A stretch of DNA of 64,000 nt from Yuukianura sp. NJ FZ-2021 (Eukaryota). The DNA lies in NCBI GenBank assembly GCA_046563655.1, contig CM102290.1:10106001-10170000 (forward strand), given 5' to 3'. A program made the position numbers and the translations under genes. The notes beneath the pieces were generated by a model. That model did not search any database and was not told the origin of the DNA. It saw only the letters and a list, made by a program, of their open reading frames with translations. Below, one piece after another: positions 49,001 to 60,192 of the stretch; the stretch's first letter is position 1; the number at the start of each line of letters is the position of its first letter.

Positions 49001-52000
49001 CAAATCAACTTTTTTAAACAAATATTTACATTCATGCTCAAATTGAACAACTTCAAAAAAATTGTTGAAAAAATTTGTAAACAGAAAAAAAAAAATTGTA
49101 ATACTCTGACAAGGCCGTTTTTAGAATTTCACTGCTCCACTTTTAGTACATTCAAATATAATGTTTTCTAAATTGTTGTGACCTAGTAGAATTATTCTGG
49201 TTAGATTTCCGTTTCTGGGGCCATGAAACTTTTTTCTAAGTTTTTTGGTCAAAATTTTCGAAAAATTTTTTTTTTCGTTTTTTCACTTTTCATCATGTTT
49301 CAAACGTTTTTGGAACGTTTGGAGCAAAAAAAAATTTTTGACCCCAAGGGTCCCCCCTTCCCATTTTTTTGAAATTCTGGAGTCAAAAATTTTCTAAGTC
49401 CGGAAAGTGAAGTGGGGACCCCTAACAATCTCAAAAATGACCCTTATGAAAGTTGTTCAGAATCATGAGTGGAGTATTTTTTGTCCTATGGACTATGACC
49501 CTACGACCACACCCTGAGGTCAGAGGTCAACCCAAAGAAAATATGGTGAAATGTTTGCGTTGACCTCTGACCTCAGGGAGTGGTCGTAGGGTTATAGTCC
49601 ATAGGATAAGAAATACTCCCCTCAACATTCTGAACAACTTTCGTAAGGGTCATTTTTGAGGTTGTCAGGGGTAACCACATCAGTTTTTGTACTTTGAAAA
49701 TTTTCGAGTCCCGATTCTCAAAAAAATGGGAAGGGGGGACCCTTGGGGTCAAAAAATTTTTTTTGCTCCAAACGTTCCAAAAACGTTTGAAACATAATAA
49801 AAAGTGAAAAAAACGAAAAAAAAAATTTTCGAAAATTTTGACCAAAAAACTTGGAAAAAAGTTTCATGGCCCCAGAAACGGAAATCTAACCATTATTCTC
49901 TCGTTTGAACATGTACTGAACAAATCCTCAACTTTAGAAAAAAAAAACAAGACTGAAATTATAGATAAAGTTTCGTAGAGAAAGTGACTCCGGGAGGCTT
50001 TCCCCAACTTTTTTTTTGCTTTTCTTTTTCTGCTTTGAAATGGCGAAAGTTTGAGAAGCGAATCTTTTACTTTTTTTATTTGTCAACTCCAATTTCCCTT
50101 TGAAACTTTTTGAGTCACGACTAAGAGGTTCGACTCTGAAGTGATCGCTATTCCGTCCCCAATTTTTGGAAATAAAAAAAAAATCAAAAAAGTCAGTTTT
50201 CTAAACATTTAAAAAACTGCACCTACGCAGAACCTACTATGACCCAAATTCAGGCTGTCGAAAAGTGGCAAATTCAGTTTCGATGCATAGAATATATGTG
50301 CTAACACTTTCCTCTGCGCATGCACCGTACCTGGTCAAGTCCTAGAAGTACCAGGAGTGGAATCGTCGTGAGTCCACCGCGTTTCCATTCCTCTAGTGAC
50401 ACGGTTCCATCGGCATCAAAGTCAATCTCGACCATCATGTCCTCCAGGATCTGGAACGTAATTGGACATGTTTGAGATCCAAAAAAGTGAAAGTGAAGGG
50501 ATGAGATGGATTAAGAATCCAGAGGAACACACAACTACTGCCACTTTCCTGGAGGGAGAGGCTTAGAACTCTACGTTCATTTCACTTCCAACATTTCAGT
50601 GCTGGAGACAACATCACTTCCTGGAGGGGCAAGATAAGCATATCAATTCTGTAAGAATCACGAAAAGCATCTTACGGGCTTCAGTTCAGACACATCCCAA
50701 CCCAAGTACTCTGCCACGTTCATCATCTGGTTCACGATACAGTCCAACTCCTAAGAGAAAATGTAACAAAATTAGGTTTAAACCCGTTTTTTTTTTCAAC
50801 AAAAAATTCAAGACTTTTTTTAAATTATAATTTTGGCAGACGTCGCTATAACTTTTTTTTGTTTACCAAAGTATCCAGAACCCCATTTCCATCAGTATCG
50901 TAGAGACGGAACATGACTGCAAATGAAGAACAAAAAGAAGAACTTGAAAAGGTGAAGTATTGATGAAGATAAAATAATTTGGAACCGGGAGGAAAAGTTG
51001 TTGTTGTCAAAAAGTGGAATAAAGTTTCCTGGAAGGATTTGGCAAGAAGATTATTGAAAAGTGAGTTGGAAATTCCAACTTGGAATTGATTTCTAATGAG
51101 GTTTTGAGCCTAGAAACCTCGACGGGAGTAACTAACCCTGTTCATCCTCCTGCCGGAGGAGAAAATAGAGTGAAAGTTAATCAAATTTGTTAACCCACTT
51201 TGGATCCACTTTCACGGTAATTAGAACCTTCGCTCCAAAGCGTGACAAGTGGATTTCAATTATTTAAATATGAAAAGCAGCCAATCAGGACGCTTCTTCC
51301 AGCCATTCCGAGACCTGCTCGACTTCAAATCTCCGCTCAAGGTCAAAAACAAACAACTTGATTAAAAATTTATATCTGTAGCTTACATTCCAGTTTGTCT
51401 TCTGGTCGTCCGCCTTCGAGCAGAGACAGATAGCAGACGATGTCTTTGAGTGGAACGTGCAGAGTAGAGATGTCAATCTGAGTCAGTCGGCTTCGGTCAC
51501 CTATTCGGTAAAAAACAAAAACAACTGATAAGTGATCAAGTCAACATCAGCATTTAAAAAAATTCAAGTTTTCGCGGGTTTAGTCTACAAGGTCAGCGAG
51601 CTCAGCTGATTTTTGCGGGATTTCGAGCGATACGCTATTCTCGTTTTGTGCAAATCGTGTAAAGTGGAACGGCGTGTTGACTTCGACTATGGCGACTGAT
51701 TTGTGCTCAGCATCTCCCCAATCACCGGGAGTTTTTTGGTTTTAAATGCTATGGAGTGAAGTGAGCAGGGAATTGGTGAGATTCTAAGGTCAACTGAGAC
51801 GGCAGTTGCTTGCGATTCTAAATTATATGGCAAACTGCACATTTCTAATACCGTTGTCATCCACACCTTCGTTCCCACCGTGGCCACCGCAGTCATTCTC
51901 GTCGGCAGTTCCCGGCGAAGTAGCCGAAGATTCGGATGTCACCGAAATTTCCTGTTGAACGGAACACCCTGCCTCTTGTTCATCTACATTCATAAAGCCT

Positions 52001-53969
52001 AAATGTCAAACGTCATTCATTTGCTAACAGCGGTGCGGGTACCCAAGGCGCGCTTAAAGAAATGAACTGTCTGGAGAGTGCGGCCAACCCGAACGAGGGA
52101 AGCTGATTTTCGAAAAGTTAAAACCTCGAGTTACTATAGCTGATGCGCTTAGAAAAGGTTATGATTACCTTGTCGACGTGAGCTTGAATCTGAATCAGTC
52201 CGATGATGTCCAAAACTGTGAAGTTTTTCAGTGAGACCGTGCAGTTTTTCAGCAAACCCGTGTCCGTGGTACTTTTCAGTTGTTTGCAATGGAATGTGAT
52301 CCTGCTGAGCTGCATGAGCGACCAAATTTGAAAGAGATCCTGCATTCTGAGGAGCCAGCGCGGCCACAGCTGCTGTCGAACTCATCATCGCAATTTCTTG
52401 AAAAGGCTGAAAAGTAAGCGTAGAGTTAAGTCAGTCGTTGAAACTTGCATTCCGACGTTGTTTTTGTCTTTAACCGTCATCAGCAACAAGAGCAACGTAG
52501 TTACGCTCTAGTATCATAGTAATTTCGTAGGAGACCTAATTGATCTTGAAGAGTGATATCTAAAGGAATATGTTGCTCAAGTTGCAGTTGACCGTTTTGC
52601 TTGACTGACCTTTATCCTGCCACCCTCTGGCTGGAGTGACAGAGACGTAGGAAGGGGTGAGACTGGTTGGGGGCGGATTGAAGATCTCTTAATGAAGGAT
52701 AGAAATAAATGGCGGGAGAGTTCATCCGTCGTCTCCACTTCCAGGTAAGTATTGAGAAAGAGCTTGAAGCCTTCGTAATCAATATCCTGAACAGTCACAC
52801 AAAGCGGAACCACTTCAATTACTAATCACTAGGCCACAAAACTCAATCTTTTCAAAATTTCCTGACATAACAAAAATCAAAAAGTTCATACTCCAATTGT
52901 TTTCGTAAAAAAAGAAAAGAAATGAGATGAAAAATAAATGATCAATCAGAATGTGGTAAGTTACCCCATCTGGATTGTACTTGGACAGTGGGCCGGGACA
53001 CCCAAGTTCCTGGAGGACATCTTTTAATTGTTTACTCGAATCTAGTTGATCAGAGAAACAAAAAAAACTTTCGTTAATTAAATTAATTGTTTCCTTCCTT
53101 ACCTGAAACCTGTTTTAATAACTATCTATTGTTGTTTTATGATGTTGATCAGTTTGATCTCATTTTTTACTGCTGACTTGAATTGGTTTGGTCATGGTCG
53201 TCAGTCGTTTTTACTCTTTCACAATTCGCAACAACAATTTGAATTTCGCGCGCACCGTCCCAAGTTTCAAAAAATGTCAAAACGTACACGTATGTCACGT
53301 CGTTCTGAAATATAAGCACATTAACAAAAAAATGCGCGCTGAAATATGGGACGACACTCGGCATTTTGTGATCAGCAATCAGAAAACCATTCACGGGATC
53401 ATTCACCGGAACCGACACATAAAAGGATCATTTGGGGACAAAATTGAGGATAATCCGCCAATTGTTTGATGTTTGAAAAATGACGCTCCACTTTTGAATT
53501 TTCCCCAACCTGCTTGTCTTTGATGCCTAATAAATAATAAGTTATGGGAGATGATAGCGTCCATTGGGCTGAGTTAAGGAAAAAGCAAGATAGTTGTCTT
53601 CGGTTACCATAGTCGATTGGAAAAGGGGTAATTTAAGCTAGGCTTAAGTAGATGCCAACAGGAGAAAGTTAGGAAGATTGATTGATTCTTACGAGGAAAG
53701 TCCGATTGGGCGGTTAAAAAAAAGGCGGGGCGCCGCGCGTTGTTCGAACTTTTTAAAAAAGTGAAATTGGGAGTTTTTAACAGGAGAAAGACGAAAAATT
53801 GTTGAAAAAAAGATTTTGAAAGAAAAAGAAGTTCAAATTTGTTTGTTTTAATTTGCTGGATTTCTTTCGACTTTCTCCAAAAGAAAAGAGAGTTAAGTTT
53901 ACAAGAAGCAAAGTCCTGAAGTTCCTGGAATTCCGACGGTGAGAGTTTCTCCCAATGCAGAGTCATCAT
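46079..53969 (-). CDS. Dgk: Type I diacylglycerol kinase (DGK alpha/beta/gamma-like; recoverin-homology, EF-hands, two C1 domains, catalytic domain)
   Basis: [58 protein letters not shown]-hands ([27 protein letters not shown]); C1 domains ([25 protein letters not shown]); [43 protein letters not shown]. The last exon ends GLFKTD* at 46079. Confidence 0.96.
49199..49891. mobile_element. Foldback-type MITE (693 bp) with ~330-bp TIRs in a DGK intron, Merlin- or MULE-like
   Basis: Ends GGTTAGATTTCCGTTTCTGGGGCCATGAAAC...GTTTCATGGCCCCAGAAACGGAAATCTAACC. 8-bp TSD ATTATTCT (49191-49198 and 49892-49899). Central spacer of about 28 bp. Confidence 0.93.
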
Positions 53970-56900
53970 CCTCTTCCACGAAGTGAAACCTTCTAGCGCT
54001 CAATTTCAAATCCCCTCATTCAAGTGTTTCAACTTTTCAGAATCCCTTGATCCGAATATTTAGAAGTCGGCACTTCAACGATCATCGTTAGTTCGCTGAG
54101 CAGAAAGTCATCGTGCGTAGGGTGTAGAAGGTTCGGATGTTGCCGAAGCCTTTGAACAGTTTCTGACGTCGTTCCTTTTTTTTTTGCCGGGTCACCACAG
54201 CGGGAAAAAATGTCACTGGCCGTCGACTCTATCACGTCACAAAACACTTGTTACGTGTGCTGAATCTGATGAAACCTGTAACAAAAACAGTTTTTAAGTT
54301 TCTTTTCCCTTAGGCTTACTTCGGGACCTCTAAAATTCCAAGGTCGTAGGTCAGCTGACTTGACAAGAAGCTTGGTGACAAGTACGTGCATCACAAGAGC
54401 CTAAAGCGAACTGGTTGAGGTGGTCAGACTAATCGAATTCAATTGTGTTTGACTGGATTTGGTCGAGAACTTGTTTGTGATAAGTCTTATCATCTGTTCC
54501 GCCCTGGCAAGTACTCGTCATCCTAATTGACTTCCTGACACAATTAACACTGCTCCAGAATATTACAAGTTCAACTGGATAATCAAACTGCAAAACTATA
54601 CCACTAATAAACTAGGTTAACCGATCCTAACTCAACCTTAACCCTATCAGCATAACGAAGAAACTTTCCTAAATCCAGGAGTTACTCCTTGTCACATTAC
54701 AACGTTTGTTGGGCACAGACTGCCGGTCGTAGTGCCTCAACTTCAACTGTGCAGCTCCTCCAGACAACTGCACGTCACAAATGAACTAGGATTTTTTGTT
54801 TTTTGAGTTTTTTTTAGAAGATTTGAAGGAATACTAGCTTATTTTTTAGAATACTTTTTGCCACAAGACTGAAATCAGAACTGCTCTCTTCCTTGGTTTG
54901 CCTTCGCTGTTCTTCATCGAAGCAGGTAATGAGCGGGAAATTTGGAAAGCGTCCAAACAATGAATGAATGCATGGCACACTGCTCCCACTTTTTGCACAG
55001 ACTGGGGCAACAAGATCCTTTGACCTTTTGAATCCATCTTCTTTCTCCCGCGAGATGGAAATTTCCCCCTCCAAGAGTTTTAAAAGAAACGCAAATTAAA
55101 ACATGTCACAGAGACTTCGTCAAATCCAAAGCATTCTACAATTTGTTCAAACAAATTTTCCAAAAGAAAGAACAATTTCAAAAAAACCTCAAAAGTCCCG
55201 CCAAAGTTTACATTATAACTAAACCCAAACAACATGGATATGTCATGTTTTCTTTTAAACTTTGTTTTTCAGGTTTGTAGGTTCATCTGTGGTTAACATC
55301 AATATCAAGACTCTGTGTTTAAAATTATTCTATGAGGGGGCAGTAAAAAAAATTGAAGACATAAAGTTTTTAGCAAACGAATGCCCGCCCAATTTCGATT
55401 TTTTTTTTGCAAACGTTCTGCCAACGCCACAGACATGTTCAGTGACTAAATGTTTTGTCAACGTCACGAAAACGCCTAGTCACTATCGTTCTGGCAACGT
55501 CACGCAAACGTTTAACGCTTCCATTTTGATGCTCAGCGTTTTGGTAAAATTGGCCCAGTTTGCCCAACTGTTCAAACTTTGGAGTCGGAAATCCAAACTC
55601 GTTCGTTCACGCCTCAACTTTTCAGCGTGTCATGTCAACACGTTTCAACTTTTTTCACGCTTTCCGCTTTTCCGCGCCTAAACTTTTCACGTCTTCAATA
55701 TTTCCCTCACTCAACTTACGTTCAAACTCCTCAACTTCATCGTTTAAAAACTATTTAGACTAAAAACTGAATTGGATATTAATGAAATTTTGAAACAGTT
55801 TGCGGTGGGACTCAAGGTGGGTTCGGTGGATCTCAAGGTGGATTGGCTAAATATAGAGACTGACGGTGTCCTAGGAAGGCTTTTTAGAAGGTGGATGGCA
55901 GTCTGGGAAATCTCGACTGGATAATTTACGAGGGGCAAGATGGATACGGATGGGAAGTGATTTATTGACACAAGTCAGTCTGTGCCACTTCACCTTAGTT
56001 CTGTGGAAAATGGACCAACTGCCAAAGGCAACTAGAAAAGTTATCGAGTTACCTTAATCATCCTAACCAAAAATGGCTATCAATGTAACTAACTTAATTA
56101 ATTACAAGCTATTAAAATAAAACTACCAGCGTGGTCAGGACGTAATTCTCACGGTTTTGAAGTGCCAGTACCAAACGTCTTTTTTTAAGTTGGCTGGATG
56201 AGTGACGTTTATGACGCGTGGAAATAAGAATTTCGGATTTTTTTTTGCGGTGGAAGGCGGTAAAATGGGAAATTTAAATTTGAATTTCTCCGGATTGGGA
56301 GATTATTGCGCCAAATTCAATTGTTTGGTCATTAGGCGGAAGGGAAGAGCGTGGAAAATCTTTTTTGTACGTGGTTATGCTGGAAAGTAGCGAGAAAACT
56401 GCTCAAAAATGCAATCCATTTCCAGTAGTTGGGCCATAGCGGCGGAAGAATTTAATTTAAATCCTTCTAGGAGATTAACTTTTCAATTCCCGCCACTCTG
56501 CGAGAACGAACCGGAGGCGGGGCAGGATGAGACACAAAATGAGAACTTGGCGGGCTCCAATGGAAATGGACTTTGACATTTGAAAGAAGACGGAAATAAT
56601 GGCTCAACTTTCACCCATCACCACCAGACTCACACGATCTGTATTCACAAGAACCAGCGAGAGACTGTTCCCTTTGAGGGACACTTTAACAAAGGTCAGA
56701 AGTCATTCTCAAACAAGGTCAAAGGTCAAACGCACACGATTAAAGTCTATGTCTGCTAGAATGAATCTCGTAAAAGTCGAAAAACATTCAAAGTCCTGGA
56801 AAAAATAAAAACTTTTTAGAAATAGAGTCTATTCAGGCTAACCTTTAAACAAACTTTTTCTATGGTTCTATTTTGAAAACTTTTTTTAAACTTTTTTTTT

Positions 56901-59900
56901 TTTTTTGTAAAAGCAGAATTCCGTTTTCGAATATGCAATGAACTTTGAAATTTTTCGGTTTCTCTTCCACTTAATTTGAGTAGAACAAATTCAAAATTCT
57001 ACGGTCCATTCTCTTCAATTGCTTGAATGTGTAATGAGACAAAGAACAGAAGTAATGCCGTGTTTATTAAAAAGAAGGAATTTGAAAGTTGGCGGGAATG
57101 GTGGAATGGGAATTGTGGATTGTCTCAACTTGCCCCAGTTCAGACTCCCTCTGAATAATAACAAACAATTGGAGCTTTCTCCGGAACATTACTCCCCAGT
57201 CGACGCTTTCTCTCCTCTTCACATACCAAAGTCTCTTCAACTAAAAGCTCTTCAAAGAAATCCTCCGAAACGACTAGAGCACAAACTGTTCTAAACTTTT
57301 ATAACAAATCTAAGAAATAAAAAAGAAGCGGCTCGAAATAAACCTGGTTTAAAAAAAATCCAAATACGAGTAAAACTGATTTAAAAATTTAACTTACCGC
57401 GATTTTTGTAGATTGTTCCAATAACTGGAATCTGGATTTGAACTAGAAAATGCCAAAGGTCAGTAAGGTCAGCAGCTGATTAACTTTCCACTCGATGAGG
57501 CTGACCAATCAGAGATCTCACTTGACAACAAAGGGATGTCAGAGTCAGTTTGATGGGTAGGTTTGAATACTGCGTGGGGTGGCGTGACCCGTTGAGTGAC
57601 TGGTGACTCTTATTGACTCATGAGTGAGTCTGTTTGACTCGTGAGTGAGTCTGTTTGACTCAAGTGGGGAGTCGTGAGTCTGAGGGAAGGAGAGGATTTG
57701 AACTGATGTCTTCGTCTTCAACTTTTCCAAAGTTCCCGCACTTCGGACTCTCGACTTCCTTCCCAGTAGCAAGTAGAGCACCCATTGTGCACAGGGAGTC
57801 AACTCCAAGCAACCGGCACCCACAGGCATTTCAGGAAGTCTTCCCAATATCTTCTTCAGCACACGGTCGGACAGCCAGGGATCGAATCCCACTGTCTCCA
57901 ACATTTTGCAACACCCATGAAACCATAGCCTTTTGCTCAATTAACCTTAAACTGGATTAAACGAGTAAACTTTATTCGGGTGGTAGAATCGCACTCAATT
58001 CTTTTTTTTTTTTTTTACTTTTTCTTGCTAAAGTTTAGTATTCTTAACATTTTAAAATAAGCCAAGAAATTATTGCCTTGGCCTTACTCATTGCCAGTTG
58101 TAGAAAAGCTTGAGTAAATGAGTACAACATGCTGTATGAGTCGTGACATACGGGATCGAATCCCTGGATTGTGTATTCTTTAGCTAGTAAAATTAGTAAA
58201 TTAAATTTAATTAATTTTTTAATTTTCAATTAGTAAATTTATGTAATTTAAATAAGTAAAATTAGTAATTTTAGTAAAATTAGACAATAAATTATTCAAA
58301 ATTCGTTTGCTTTTTGTCGCGAAAATTCATAACAAATGCGTTAATTTCTTTACTCAGCATGCAGTTGCGTGAAGAATATTTTTCGGCATAAGTTCTTAAC
58401 AGAAGGTTGGTATTAATCGATTAAAAAGGACCAATCTCTTTCTCAAAATGAACCTGAATTTTATGAATTTTAAAGAGTTTGCCTAGGCCAACAACTCCTT
58501 TTTCTAGTGACTCACTCTTCAAATACCTACTTCTCTTGCATCCGTTTTCGGTTTTACTTTTTGAATTTGGTACAACTTGCCAATAAACGCCAGTAAATAA
58601 CTGTGGCCAACTTAGACTAAATTTTAATCAAGGTCGATAAATAGAAGACGATAAAAATCAGAACACAGTTGGAGCAAGTTTTGTGTTTGTTAAAGTAAAG
58701 TGAAGCATAAAATTTGTTTTTCGGAATCAAGTTCTTCCACAGCAGCACCTTAATTAGTTTAGGGTAAATGTGTTTGATTTTGTATTGGAGGGAGGCTGAT
58801 GTAATTTTCTCTTTTCAAACTTTGGTTTTTTTAATGTGAGTGTTTTGAATTTGATTTGTTGAAATAAGTCGTTTTCCTTCGTTTGAAGTGTCCTACGTGT
58901 GCATGTTGTTATTTTGTTATTGGTAAATCGGCAGTGCTTTTGTTGTCTTTTTCCTTTGAAGTGGGAAGGAGGCGTCATCTGATCCTGCATACTCTCTTGT
59001 CGCCCTTTGAAAGACAGTTTTCCTTCTAATCATGTCCGTTTCTCCAAGAAATTCAAATCTCCGGCTTCCCACATCTTCCACTTTCTCTCTCTTTCACTCA
59101 CAGAAGTAGGTCACACTCAACAACGGTCAGCTCACTTCTCCTTAAGCAACAGCAAAGGTCAAAGGTCATGTGAACCTCACAACTTCCAACCACGCTTACA
59201 TAAACTTTGCCTAAGGTAGCCTAATCGCCACAACTCACGTCATGTGAGAAAACGAAAAAGAAGAAAAAAATCAAAAACTTTTCAAAACGATGTGCTTTGC
59301 TTTTCAAAACTGATTTTTCTTAGAATACTCTTTGTGTTTGGGATGACGTCATTGAAATTGGAAATTGCAGAAGTAATTTCGTGTAGATAAATAACATTTA
59401 ATAATTTTTTTTTGAGTTTCATGAAAGGAGTGGTACATAATGCTTACACAGTTTGTGTAAGAAAGATGCAAAAAAAAAAATTTTAATGCAATTACAACCA
59501 TTTTTTTTTCTGTACAATTCGATGAACAAAATTTGCTTGTTTATGAAAATTTGTTAGCATGCATGAGGAGTGGAAAATTTGTATGTTTACACAAAAATTT
59601 GTTAAATGGACTTTGCATGAAATTTCGTTATTGAAATTTGTGCATGATTATTGTTGATATGAATATTGTTTGACAGTTGATACATGAACTTTGTGTATAA
59701 AAAGTTTATCAAAACTGGTGCAAAAATATTCGGAATAAAAGGCACATGTGTATGAAACAGGAAATTTTTGTATGAAACTTGATGCTGTGCATGTAATTTG
59801 TGTATTAAACGTGATGCTATATTATGCAATTTGTTATAATGACGCTTGCTAATACGCATGAAATTTGTGTATGAAATTTGATGCTATGTTTGAGAAAGTT

Positions 59901-59952
59901 GACACCGTTTAAGGACATTCAGTACATTTGTCTATTAAGGTGGTGTAGGCGC

Positions 59953-60192
59953 GGTTCCATGCCATTGTGTCAATTGAATTGTATCAACTGCCATTGGATC
60001 AACTGAATTGTGTCAATTTGAATTGTATCAACGCCCAATTGTGTCAACGGTTACTTGTATCAACCAACGTAACCTAACCTAAAATAAGCTAAATTAAGCA
60101 TTACACTTGTTGATACAATTAGCCGTTGATACAATTGACCAGTTGATACAATTCTAGTTGACACAATTCAGTTGTTGCAATGGCGTGCTACC
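59953..60192. mobile_element. 240-bp MITE with modular ~15-bp subterminal repeats
   Basis: Ends GGTTCCATGCCATTG...CAATGGCGTGCTACC. 8-bp TSD GTAGGCGC (59945-59952 and 60193-60200). AATTGTATCAAC-type repeats are inverted between the arms, and AACCTAACCT lies in the centre. Confidence 0.85.

Noticed and set aside
49573..49845. 90-aa minus-strand ORF
   Set aside because: Lies within a MITE arm and has no transposase motifs.
53090..53115. Minus-strand CAG|GTAAGG in a DGK intron as a recursive splice site or micro-exon
   Set aside because: There is no polypyrimidine tract and it is only ~60 nt from the next acceptor. At most it is an alternative 5'UTR donor.
57860..58170. Two GGGATCGAATCCC motifs resembling a tRNA T-loop/B-box
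   Set aside because: I could not build a cloverleaf or find an A-box, so there is no support for a tRNA or SINE. tRNAscan-SE would settle it.
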